This document shows, in pieces, positions 12,950 to 25,510 of a stretch of 64,000 bases of DNA. The DNA is taken from the NCBI GenBank assembly GCA_048213135.1, contig PS015081.1:1-64000 (forward strand), written 5' to 3'. Every line of letters begins with the position of its first letter. The stretch's first letter is position 1. Both the position numbers and the translations under genes were made by a program. The notes under the pieces are model-generated. The model saw nothing but the letters and a program-made list of their open reading frames with translations, was not told the origin of the DNA and did not search any database. This stretch comes from Reclinomonas americana ATCC 50394 (lineage: Eukaryota).

Positions 12950-13407
12950 TGTGCGTGTGTGTCTCCTTTGTATGAGTGTGTTTCAAGTGTGGTGGTGGGG
13001 GTAGTGGGTCGTAAGAGAGAGGGAGCTTGAGGGCAGTGAATGAGAGTGCACGTGGCTACGCACGCCGTCCGCCAATGTGACGACCATCTTGTCAGTCGGG
13101 ATTGCAATATTTCCTGTCCACTGTGGCGGATTGAGAGTGCAGAGTGCTGTTACGACTGGTTAGCGCGTGGGTGTGAGGAGAGGCATGCGTGGAGGCTAAG
13201 AGAGACACGGCTTGTTATGCATGTATTGCATTGACGACGTTCTTTGTGTCTCGTCTTTTTTTGCGGCATTGCCACAGTTATGCGCGCGTGCTTGTGTGCT
13301 TCCGATTGAGACCGGCGTGGTCCGCAGCCTTGCGCCCATCGTAATGTTCATCCTTGGCCAAGACAGACCACCAGTCGATCGATTTCCACGCATTGTGCGA
13401 GAGAAGA

Positions 13408-14888
13408 ATGCGCGGTGGTGGAGTGCGTTTCGCGGACGATGTCTCCCCGCGACGCTCACCACAGTCACCACCACCACCATTACACCGCCAGCCGACGTCG
13501 CCACCCGGCAGCGCGGACATGGAGGACGTGATGAGCGAACGGCTGTCGGACGAAGAGCTTCGTCGCCTGGCCGTGCTCGTGGCGGCCGCACGTCGCGAGC
13601 ATCAGCTGTACGCGGTCATGCCGGGTGACCTGGAGGATCCGCAGTACCCGGACAGTGAGAGCGAAGAGAGGAGGCAGCGCGCGCGACGGCCGCGACGATT
13701 GCCGGCCAGTGAGCCTCCCAGTGCTCGCGATGAGCTGCTGGCGGCGGAGCTGGCCAGCAAGCCGCTCACGTGTTGTCACGCGTGTGTGCAGGCCTCGGGC
13801 GGCTGGTGCACACCGCGTGTGTTTCAGACGGCGATTGTGTTGACCATCATTGGCGCTCTTGGTGAGGCAACAAAAGAGGTTGTGTGGAGTGCCTGACTGC
13901 TGACTGTGAGCGGTGGCGCAGTGGGCATTGTGGTGTGGGTTGTCATGTTGAGTGAGGAGCAGGATCGGCGAGTGGCGGCACTGGTGCAAGGCGAGTTGTT
14001 TGTGGGACTGAAGATCATCGTGCAGCTGACCGTTACTCACTGCGCTGCAATTCGGCAGAGTCGGCGCTCAATCTCGCCCAGTCGGCAGCCGTGGAGGACA
14101 TGCGTGCAGGTGAATGCAGTTGTTGCTTTGGTGGTTGCCAGCATCCGATGAAGACTCGTTGCTGATCGCGTATTCGTAACAGATTCCGCCACTGTTGACT
14201 CTACAGTGGAACAGAGTTTCGTCCACACGACCGACGATGATGTACGTATAGTACGCGAGCCTCACTTGCTTCATACACAGCGGATCTGGGATCACTGGCA
14301 GTGGTATCTTCGAGTCCGGAAGAAGCGGTAGTGCAACCGACCAGCGTCGACAATGCACAAAAGGACGCCGTGGCCGTCGCTAGCAGCGCGGTTTCGCTGA
14401 CGGAGAATGCGGCGCCGACTACTGATCTGCTTGTGGAACAGGGTGCGGTCGATCTCGTTGGCGAGTAAGGGGATCGCACGCTCATTTGAAAGAATGCAGG
14501 GTCACAAGTATCGTCAGAAGCGGATCTGCAGGCCACCGAGGTGCCAGCTGCGTCAAGCAGTTGCGTGACGCGATGCAAGTTGCATCGTAGACACCCGCTG
14601 TGGGCCTCACAGTCATGGCGGGTTCGCAGCGGCGGAGGTCGCAGTTGCGGTCGAACAAGCGGAACAAGCACCAGCCAGTGCAGTGCTCCCTGCAGAAACA
14701 GGCACGGCAACCACTGCCGCACCTACCGACTCGAATCCATTGCCCACTGGTGAGCTGCATGTCGCGCAATCTGTCTTCGGTCTTGTCAACGTCGACTGAC
14801 GCGCTTCACAGACGTCGTCAAAGACGAAGCCAGACAAGCGGAGCTACCCACCGAGGTACACACCACTGATGTATTACCAGCAGGCTAG
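13408..14888 (+). CDS. Hypothetical single-pass membrane protein with acidic low-complexity C-terminus
   Basis: Hydrophobic segment AIVLTIIGALVGIVVWVVML spans an intron. Several short introns, including one GC-AG (13991-14058) and one GTTGCG (14560-14629). The junction near 14242-14280 is not resolved. Confidence 0.55.
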
Positions 14889-15167
14889 GCGCTGGGCAGC
14901 GAGTAAACACGACGCCTGTGTGACAGAAACGTCGCGACGTCGTGCATCGTCGACGTTGCACAAGTTTCTGGTTCCTCGCAGACTCTATTCCATCCCCAGC
15001 ATCTCCAACCACACTCACACAGCATTCAGCTGTCACCAGCCATTGCATAACCAGTTCCCGGACGCGGCAAAAGCTCGCACAGAGGCGACAGCCAAATTTG
15101 TAACCCAGATACTGGTGACAGACAATCAGACTTCTGCGGAGAAAAGAACACACACACGCACTCACGC

Positions 15168-18066
15168 ATGCAAGAAGGCGACGGAGACGGTGGCGATGAG
15201 AAGCAATACGCGCGTGCCACCCCGCTGAGCGCAACGCCACCTCTTGCGGTCACTCCAGGAGGAGGAGGAGGAGGTAAAAGAAGAGTTGCTCTCTTCTTCT
15301 TCTTCATCTTCCTGCTGTCTCACTCTCTCTGCGCACAGGCGATGACCGCATGGCACGCCTGCTCTTCTTCCGCGAGGTGTTCTCCGAGGGCACAGTGTAC
15401 GAGGGCGTTCTGTTGCGCCACATTAAGAATGTTGCGCAGTGGAGACTGAGTGCACGCTCTCTCTCTCTCTCTCATGCTCACTGCCTCTGTGTCTGTCTGT
15501 GTGAGCAGAGCTATGGGTTCATCTATCACAGTCGGTACGCGGAGATCTCTGGTCGCGATCGCGGCATCTACTTTGCATGGAAGGAATTGCGTTTCGGCAC
15601 GGATGAGCGCGTGGTGTTGAAGAATGGGCACACGCGGTTGCGCTTTGGTGTGCAGTTCCAGGTAGGGAGAAGGGAGGGGAAGGGGAGGGGAGAAGGGAGG
15701 GGAAAAGGGAGAGGAGTGACAAGTGGACAGGCGGAAGAGATTGGAGAGAAGAGGGGCGACGAGAAGTGGAGAGGCGTGACAAGGAGAGGCGAAAGAGAGG
15801 TGACGAAGAGAGGAAACGGATGACAAGGAGAGCCTGGAGGGATGAGAGGTGACAACTGGAGGAGAAAGCGAGTGGAAAGAGAGGCAAAGGGAGGGAAACG
15901 AAGACGCAAGAGAGAGAAAACAGGGGTGACAAGAGGAGGCGATAAGAGGACGGAGAGGGACTGGAGGGATGAGAGAGGAGTGTGAAGGGAGGGCACAGAG
16001 AGGGGAAAGGAGTACGCGAGGAAGAGAGAGAACAGGGGTGACAAGTGGAGGAGAAAGCGAGTGGGATGGGTGAGCAAAAAGAGAGGATAGAATGGGACTG
16101 AAGGGATGAGGGGTGACAACTGGAGGGCGCGAGGGGGAGAGAGAACAGGGGCAGGGATGGAATGGGATTAGAGGGAACAGGGGTGGCAAGTGGAGGGAAA
16201 AGGGAGTGGAAAGGGAGTCTGCGGGGTGACGAGGAGAGAAAGACGCCCGGGTAGAGGGAGGAGGCAGCGGAGAGCGAGCCTGTGTTTTTGTTCCTGTCTT
16301 TTTCAGGGAGATAGCGGGGTGGCGAGGAGAGAAGATGCGAGGATTGCCCTTCCCTTATTTTCCCCCTTCAGGAGGATCGCGGTGATGTTGTCGCCTGCAA
16401 TGTGTCCATTGTCAACAAGGTGGTGCGCTCGGGTCCCCGGCACCCGCAGACTGTGCACGCCGCTGCCACGACCACTACGACCACCACTGTCTCTGCTGCC
16501 TCGGCTGCTGACGATGACGGCAATCTGAGCGCGCCGCTGGTTCTCGCCACTGCGGCTGCTGCTCCTCCTCCTCCGTTCTCCGCCAACTTGGTGGACTACA
16601 GAATGGCGGCCAACTTGCCGCCGGATCTGCGAGGTCGACGGAACTCACTGACGTTGGCGGCGCCACCACCACTGGCGCGCTCCTCTCCCTCGCCTCCGCC
16701 TCCGCCACTCGCTTCGGCGCCGCCCGCGTACGATGTGGCTGCTCATCAACAGCTACAGCATCATCATCATCACGTGACTCGAATGAGTGGCTACCCGGTG
16801 GCGAGTGCCGCTGCGCCGCCACCTGTGGCCTCCGGTCCGCCACCTCCATACGTCGACTATGAGCGGCAGCAGCAGCAGCAGCAGTTCATGGCAGCTGCCT
16901 TGGGTATGCACATCGCGACGCTGGCGGCGATCGATGTGGCCACGGGTAGAAAAGGGCACGAACTTAACAACGACGGCGGGTTCGACAAGTACGACAGCTC
17001 GACGGAGCGATTCCCGTCGCCGGTGAAGCCGCGTGCAGGCGCAGGTGACACGCCTCCCGGCACTGGCACGGCACTGCTTGTGCCGCCACCTCACTCGGCC
17101 GCGCGCTACTCCAACGCTGCCGCGCCACCGGCACCCGACGGCAGCTTCTATGGAATGCGTGCCATGGGTCTGGCATCGGCGGCGGCGGCGGCGTCGGCGG
17201 CCAACGGTGGCGACATGGACGGCAAGTATGACTACGACCTCATTGGAGGAGGAGGAGGAGGTGGTGGTGGTGGTGGCGGCGGCGGTGGCGTTGGCGGTGT
17301 CGGTGTCGGTGTCGGCGGTGGTGGTTTGGTTGGAGGTGGTGTCGGCGGGCAACCGCGCATCCACCCGGACATGCCCATTGCCGAATTTGTGCAGTCCGTC
17401 GGCCACAAGCGACAGTGGCGCCCGGAACTCGTGCAACTGGTCATTGAGCGTCTGAGCGACGTGTGTGTCGACACGGTGGAGGCACTGGCGCTCTTCTGGG
17501 ACACCGTGGTCACTACCTCAAACATCCCCAAGCCGTCGCTCTTCGGGTTGAAGAAGGAGTTTGAGATGGCCGACTACGTCGCCGGTGAGTTTTTTTTGCT
17601 GTTGCAGTGTACACTGTCAAGCCGCTAAGCGGCTTACCGTTCCGCAGCATCGTCGGCCGCCGATGAGGAGCACATTTTGACCGGTGGTTCGTCATCGCGG
17701 CGAGCCAACGGCTCATTGCACGGCCGTCTCGCTCGCACCGCCTCTGCCGACAACCCCTTCCCCGTGGTTGACGAAATGCTGGATCCGCTCACTGGCCAGG
17801 TGATGAGTGAGCCAGTGGTGCTGTCCAGCGGGCGCTCGTACGACCGCACAGTGCGTACCTGTTTTCCAGTCAGTCGACCTCTCTGATGTACACTCACTCC
17901 TTTGTGTGTTCTTGTCGAGCAGGTCATCCAGAGCCACATACAGGAATGCAAAGCAAAGAATATGCCGCTGACCGACCCGGTCACCGGCCAAGAACTCGTT
18001 CACCCACTCATTTACCCCAATTTCGCCTTGCAGCGCCTCATTGCGAGGAGCCACGGAGCACAATAA
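15168..18066 (+). CDS. Cold-shock/OB-fold + low-complexity + SAM-like + U-box protein (putative RNA-binding E3 ligase)
   Basis: CSD-like segment YEGVLLRHIKN|SYGFIYH...RGIYFAWKEL...LRFGVQFQ|EDRGDVVACNV. U-box DEMLDPLTGQVMSEPVVLSSGRSYDRT|VIQSHI...TDPVTGQELVHPLIYPNFALQRLI. Stop TAA 18064-18066. Confidence 0.8.
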
Positions 18067-18146
18067 CGAACCCACCACCGTATACAAATTTGTTAATACA
18101 CCCTACACACATAATCATTAACAGAAACAGAGTACACTCGCCACTT

Positions 18147-21100
18147 TCAGGCGTTCTTGTGCTGCCGCAAGTGCCAGTCGTCGCGCACCACAATGGCATC
18201 CTCCAGCAGGCTCATTTCTCGATCCTGCACATCCACGTCCGCCGCACTCGTACTGGTCGTCGGCGCCGTGCTGGTGATCGACACGATGCGCAGCAGCACA
18301 TCACGGTACAAATCGACGGCAGTGCGCAGCGCCGGAATGGTGATCAGCGCGTCGGGTGAGTTGGGATCGACAAGCGGCAACACCGTCTGGCACAATGGGG
18401 GGAAAAGAAGTTGTCAGCAATTACACACGGAGACGAGAGCAAGCAAGATGAGCGCACGCACCGATTCCATGACGCGAACGGCGTTCAGGAGAGTGGACAC
18501 GCGAAGCGACGGCTGTCGCTGCAACTGCGGCGACTGCGGATCCTGCTGTGGCGTCGATGGCATGCCGGAGGGGCCGCACGACCGGTCGAGCACCCGGTAA
18601 AGCACCGTTGAGAATCGCTGCCAGTGGCGGGCGAGTAATCTGTGCAGGCGCTCCAGCACGGCGGCCTCGAGCGAGGTCGGCGGTCGGAAGCCACTGGGCG
18701 GCGACGGTGAGCGCCCTTCTCTTCTCAGCACTGGCGATGTGCTGCGTCGATCGCGTGCATCAGCAGCGGCGCGAGGGGCGGCGACGACGATTGCCGACGA
18801 CGATGACGACGACAGTGACTGTGTACAGTGAACGGAAAATCAGTCGCTCTTTCTCTCCAGCCACAGACCAAGCGATTGCAAGACGCAACTACTTCACGGT
18901 CGGCGGCGTGCTGTCTGCTGCCGGCGATAGAAGACGATGACTGCGGAGCGAGTTCCACATGCTGCGTCAACGGACGCAGGGAGGAGTGGAGTTTGGGCAT
19001 GCTGCCGAGCGAGCGCGACAGGATGGAATCGGCCGACACGGACATGTCTGCGACACGAGGCACAAGGCATGTTAGAAACAGAGAAAGGAAGAAAGGGAAC
19101 ACTGGTGAGAGTGAAAGAGAGAAAGAGACGGAGAGAGGGAGAGAGAGAGAGAAAAACCGAGAGATGACTACAATGAAAGGGAATGGCAAAAAAAGAGAGA
19201 ATGGAGAGAAAGCTGAGATAAGCGACAGTGAGAAAATGTACAACGGAAAGTGATGGAGAGAAACAGTCGAGAAGAAGCGATTGTAAAAGGGAGTGGTTCG
19301 TAGACAGAGAGCGATGGGAGCGATGGGGTCCCTACCGAGTTGCACCGTGCGTGGAACAACTGCCTGCGTTTCGATCGGTGGCGAGGCAGGACGAGTGGGT
19401 GGCGTGATGGGTCGCAGAATGTTCAACACGCCCGTCACTTCGCGTGAAAGCGTGCTGCGGGTGCGCAAAGGTCAGACGGCAAGTGCTGAAGGGTGCGACA
19501 GCAACTCTGTTCCGTTCGCAACTGTGCCGAGTGCGTGAGCACAAACTGTCGGTCCAACACAACACGCAGGAACGTGTGCGTGTCGACAGCAGGCAGCACC
19601 GGCAGGTACGCCTCCACCTCCGACACGCCCATGGCCTTGGTGAGCGCCGACACGAACCACTGCGCCACCGCCTCCTCTGGGGCCTTGGGGAAGAGCGCCA
19701 GCACGACCACCACGCACTGGTCCACGGCGAGTCCGTGCATGAGGCGATGCTGCACAATGGATGAATATGAGCCACGAGAACAAAGGATGGAACTGCGCGT
19801 GAGGACGGCCAAGCCTACCGAGGGTGAAAAGCCAGCAGAGGGCGATGGCATGAAGACTGCATTCTCCGGCGACAGCTGGTGCTTTCGCAGCTCGTCTTGC
19901 GCATGCACGAGCATCTCCTGCTGCTGGAAGTGTGTGGTGAGGATTTGTCGGAAGCGCAGCTGTTCCTTGCGGTACTCCAGCAGGCACATGTGCAGGAACT
20001 TGTGCATTTCCACTCGTCGCTGCCATTGCTGTTAGGGGAGCAAAGAGGTGAGGAGAGGCGAGAAGGCTGGGTGTGTGTGTGTGTGTTTGTGCCGAACCCC
20101 ATTTTGTTCCTGGAACGACTCGGCACTGCCGTCGATCTCCTCCAGGCAGCGCACTCGCTCCGGTTCGGTGGCGTATGGGAACATGCGGTACACGATGGCT
20201 GGAGAAGAGGGGAAGGAGATGGGGAGGAGGAAAAAGAGGGGAAGGAAAGTGGAGGAGGAGAAGAATGGGAGAAAGAAAGCGAGGGGGAAACAAGATACGG
20301 GAGAACAGAGTATTGAGAGGGGAAGGAAGAGAGAGGGGTAAGGGGAGAACGAATTCGAAAGACGTGGACGAGGTGAAGAGAAGGAGAGAGAGAACGAGTG
20401 AGAAGCGAGGGAAAGAATGAAAATGAGAGAAAAGGAGAAAGTATGAGGAACATGAATGGAAAGAAAGAGCGAAGGGGATGGATTAAAGAGGACAGAACAG
20501 ACCGCAAAGGCAGCAAAAGAGGACGGAGAGAAAAGAGAAAGAGAGAGAAATTAATCAGTTCATGTCATCACACACTGCAAGCTTGTTGTATAGATGCGCC
20601 TCACCTGCCACTCGCACCATCGGCACATATCGCACCTCCTGCAGCTCGTTCACAGACGGCGCATCCGGACCGGATCCGCGCTGCGCCACCCGGCGTCCCT
20701 CGGCCAGCGCACGGCACGCGCTGTGAGGGGGTGAGCGGAGAGAATCGCCCGTCACCACATAGACATACAAGCACGCAACAACATAAAGCTGAGCTGATCC
20801 GTGTTGAATTCGTCGTCGATGAACTTGCGGAAGAGGTCGACTTCCAGCGAGTGCGTGCGATGCGCCTCCAGACCCATGTACAAATCAAAGCACACTTGGT
20901 CGGCCAACTGCGGCAATCCGTACTTGTTGCAAATCCAGCGATACGTGAAGCGGTTCAGTGGTTCGCGCACATTGTTTTCACGGTCGGCGACCACATCGGC
21001 CTGAATCTTGTCGTCGTAGAGAGAGCGAATAGTGCGCACCAGCCAGACAAGCGGTTTTGTCTGTGTGTCACATTGAGTATCAAAAACCACCCCTCAAGCG

Positions 21101-24100
21101 ACATCTGCCTGGCTCACACTGACCTCGCGATAGCGAACATTGTCAATGGACAGCAGCCGCAAAAACGGACTGCGTGCCGCACGCTGCGCTGGCGACAACG
21201 AGCGCAGACTGCCTCGTCGTGCGCCGTACATGGAGCTGCGCGCGTCGGCGGCACCGGTGACTGCGTGCTGGCGACCACCCTTGCGGCTGCCACTGTTCGC
21301 ACTCTTTTTCCGCCGTCCACGGCCAGTCGACGACGTCGCGGGCGCGTTGGAGTCATCTTGTGTCGATGACTGCTGCTGCTGTTCCTGCTGTTGTTGCTGC
21401 TGATTGGAGGTGTCGTCCTCATCGTCGCTGAACGGATGCAGGCCGTCGGACACCAAGTGCAGCGTCTGCTGGCTCAACTCAATGTCGATCTCGTTCAGCA
21501 CCGAGCGCAGCTCATTCGCAGAAATGTGCGCACGCTCCACCCACGCCTCGGTGGACTTGGCATCGGTCGGCGCCGACAGCTCGTCAATGAGCGAGTCTGC
21601 ACCGTTGGCGATTTTGGCAGGCTCGCGGCGCATGTGTTCCAAGATGCCGCAAGCCATGCGCGTGCAGGTCGCCAGTTCACTGCCGAGTGACGCCAGCTGT
21701 CAACACGCCCCCGCAAGTCAGCGACGCATGGGATGGGGAGGTAGCAACAAAAAAAGAGACGAACCGCCTTGGTGGTGGCCTCACTGACGGCAGGCTCGCG
21801 CGCCGACGTCGGCCGTGACGCAGTGTCGATACTGCTGGCCACCCCGTCAACGTCGGCATCGACGTCGCTGAGCATGTGCGATCCCTCGTGCTGTGTTGCA
21901 AAGTGAGCACTCAGGTGCACGCAGTAGCGAGAAAGAGCAGAGAGACTCGATGACGCACGTGGTCTTCGATGCTGATGCTCGGCACGGGTCGCGACGGGTT
22001 CGGCACCATGTTGGCGAGCGACGCACGACGACGCTCTCCCGACGATGGTACAGTGAGACGATCAGCGTCCTCGTCCTCGTCGTCGAGACCAGCGGTGAAG
22101 GCCGACAGACTCGGATCGAGTGAGCGCGCACTGCTGCCCTTCTTTGGCACAGAGTCGACGCGAGGGGTGGTCTTCGATGAGGCCGAGCGCGACGCGGCGG
22201 GAGTACTCCGTCGTGAGGCGTTCGTTGATGATGGTGGCTTGCGACCGGATCGGTTGCTTGGTGGATCTGTGCCCGCCGAGGCCGTCTGCGGCGAGGGATG
22301 AAAGGGGAAGGGACGCGAAGGAGAAGGGATGTGAGGGGGAGGGAAGGGAGGGGAGGGGAAGGGAAGGGAAGGGAAGGGAGGCGAAAGGAGGGAAGGGAGG
22401 GGAGGCAAAGGCAGGCAAAGGGAACGGAGGAAAGGGAGGGAAGGAAGAGGGAAGAGAGGGAAAGAAAGGGAAGGGAAGGGAGACGAACTGAGGGAAGGGA
22501 AGGGGGGAATAGAGGGAAGAGAGGAAGGGGAGGAAAGGGAGATAGAGAAGGAGAACGAAGGGAAAATAGAGGTAAGGAGAGAAGAGAACAATAGATGAAA
22601 TTAGGGAAATAGAGGGGGATAGAGAAAGCGAGAGAAAGCGACAGTGAAAGAGAAGGGCGAGAAATAGGGAGAGAGAGAGAGAGTGAGCGGGATCATGTTT
22701 CACGCACCGCAGCTGCCGGCTTGGACGCGGGCCACGCTTCCTCTGTCTGTGCCGCTCGATCGCACACCTCCACAGTGGCGGCAGTGCTCGACGATCCGCG
22801 TCGCGACCGCACACTCAACGTCGTGCTTCGCGCACTGGCCGGCGTGCTGAATGCCGACAACAGACCGCTGGTCAGCGTGCCCGCACCTCCTCCACTGGCA
22901 CGCAGCTGTTCCATGGCGGCGCTGGCCTCGGCCAGTGCATCCTCCGCACGAGTGGCACGCCGTTCGGCGTCGTGCGCCCGTGACCGCTCGTCACGAAGCT
23001 CGTCTTCGACTCGCTGCAGCTGCGTCAGTGCCTCCGACAGCCGACCGGCCTGCTCCATGTCCCAGTCGGTCTGCGCCACCGCACTGTGCGGTCGAAGACG
23101 ATTAGTGGAGGCCGTGCGCTGTGTGGACGACGCCGATAGAGTGCGATGCTCGTCGGCGTCACCCTCGCTGCCTCCACCACCGCCATTGCCACCGTCCGAG
23201 CCAGCCATTGGCGGCAACTCCAGCGACATTTGGCTGGCCGAGGGAGGAATGTGAGGCGAGGCCAGTGGAGTGGCCGCGGCCGACACAATTCGAACGGGAT
23301 TCGTCTGGCAGTGCACCGACGACAGCAGCACGCGACGCGGACTGCAGCCGCTCTCCATGGACTCCTTGACACGCAATGCGGACAGTGCCGCCTCGGCCGA
23401 CAGCCGGTTGCGCAGTTCCTCGATCGCCGAGTCCCTCCGTGCCAGTGCGCTCTCGGCGAGGTTGGCGGTGCGACGGCACTCGTCCAGCTCGGCAATGTGC
23501 TGCTGCAGCAACTCGGTGCGCAGTTTGAGGTCGGTCTCCGAGCGCTCGCGGTCGCGCTCGGCGTTTTCCACCGCGCGGCGGAGGGAGGCGCACTGGGGCA
23601 AGAAAGGGAAGAAAAGGGATGAGAGGGGAACAGGGAAAGGTAAGGGGGAAAGGGGGGAAGAAGGGAGAGGAGGAAAGAGTGTGAATGCTTGAGAGGAAAG
23701 GGATGAAACGAGGAAGCGATGGAGAGCAATATATCTCGAGATGCATGAGAGGAATAGATATGGAGAGAAGAGAGAGGAGGAGAATGTGGTCTTGCAGATG
23801 AGTCTCGGATGCGAGTAAACAAAGCAGGTGGAAGAGACAGAAAGAGAAAAACTGCGGAATGGCTGTGGATGGAAGAGACGGCATTTGCAAAATAATGGTC
23901 TCAGTGTGCGTGGATGAGTAAAAGGAAGAGAAGGGACGGTATCGAGTAGCGTGAGCGCGTGCATGAGCATTCAGGAGCAGGTGGAGGGGAGGAAAAGGAC
24001 GATCGGAAAGTGTATCGCCACGGAGCGTGAGGTGTACAGGTGAAGGCTCGTCGTTATGAGAATAGGAGCAAGGGATCGAATATCTCGGAGCACAGGTGTG

Positions 24101-25025
24101 TCGTAAAGAGAGGGGAAGATGAACAGGAGAAAGGGATCGAGTATCGGGGCGATCGTGCTCGTGAATCGAGACAAAGTGCGATGAGAAAGGAGAAGAACGT
24201 GTGTGTTTAGCGGTGCGCGTGGTGCGTGTCTGCGCGAGTGCATACGAAAGAGACAAAGGAAACATGTGCTCGGTGACCACCACACACCTGTTCCTGCTCG
24301 GCAATGTAGAGCGCCCGCGTCGAATCGGCCTCGGTGCGCAGCTCTTGGATGCGCTTCTGCGCGGCCTTGCTCTCCGCCACCAGCTGCTTGTTCACTTGCT
24401 CCTGCGCCGCACGCCACTCAATTTGCCTTTCCGTCTCCTCCATGGCCTCGTTGCGCTGCACGGTAGCCTTCTTGGTCTCCGACACCAGGCCGAGTACCTT
24501 GGCCTCCAGCGCATCGTTCAGCATGCGCACATCCTGCTCCGCCACTCGCAACTCGTTGATCAGGCGCTCTGCGCAGCATGTGAGTGCACACACAGAGAGA
24601 AGGCAGAGGGTGCAAGGCGCGCTCCACCCACCAGCAGCGGCCAGCTTCTTCTCCTGGTTGGCCTTGTCGACCACCAACTCGCTCACCGTCACCGACAGGC
24701 GGTGAATCTCCGCGTCCTTGGTGCTGAGCTGCTGCGGCATGTCACCAATCATGCGCTTGTATCGCTGGTAGATGCGCGCCAGTAGCAGACCACGCTCCGA
24801 GCAGTGCACACTGACCTGCACGTGGACGACGGGTTGGTGCGGGGAAAGAGACAAAGCACGCAGTGCGGTGGGCGCAACGCACTTGACGAATGATTTCGCT
24901 CATCACGGTCTCGTAGGCCTCCTCCTCGCGTCGCATGAGATCGCCGAGGGAGAGAGGCACAGCAATGGTCACGGTCACGTCTTGATCTTGGTCTGCAGAT
25001 GAGGCGCGCGGCTGCTGCTCCTCAG
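18147..25025 (-). CDS. Large coiled-coil protein with axonemal dynein light chain (p28)-type domain and TSNAXIP1-like helical region; 5' end in gap
   Basis: YETVMSEIIRQ|VSVHCSERGLLLARIYQRY matches the p28/AXDND1 signature (ELIRQVxxxCxERGLLL). Long coiled coils follow. IRSLYDDKIQAD...NKYGLPQLADQ...LEVDLFRKFID resembles TSNAXIP1-type ciliary proteins. The exons I checked are phase-consistent down to TGA at 18147. Confidence 0.7.
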
Positions 25026-25510
25026 NNNNNNNNNNNNNNNNNNNNNNNNNNNNNNNNNNNNNNNNNNNNNNNNNNNNNNNNNNNNNNNNNNNNNNNNNNN
25101 NNNNNNNNNNNNNNNNNNNNNNNNNNNNNNNNNNNNNNNNNNNNNNNNNNNNNNNNNNNNNNNNNNNNNNNNNNNNNNNNNNNNNNNNNNNNNNNNNNNN
25201 NNNNNNNNNNNNNNNNNNNNNNNNNNNNNNNNNNNNNNNNNNNNNNNNNNNNNNNNNNNNNNNNNNNNNNNNNNNNNNNNNNNNNNNNNNNNNNNNNNNN
25301 NNNNNNNNNNNNNNNNNNNNNNNNNNNNNNNNNNNNNNNNNNNNNNNNNNNNNNNNNNNNNNNNNNNNNNNNNNNNNNNNNNNNNNNNNNNNNNNNNNNN
25401 NNNNNNNNNNNNNNNNNNNNNNNNNNNNNNNNNNNNNNNNNNNNNNNNNNNNNNNNNNNNNNNNNNNNNNNNNNNNNNNNNNNNNNNNNNNNNNNNNNNN
25501 NNNNNNNNNN

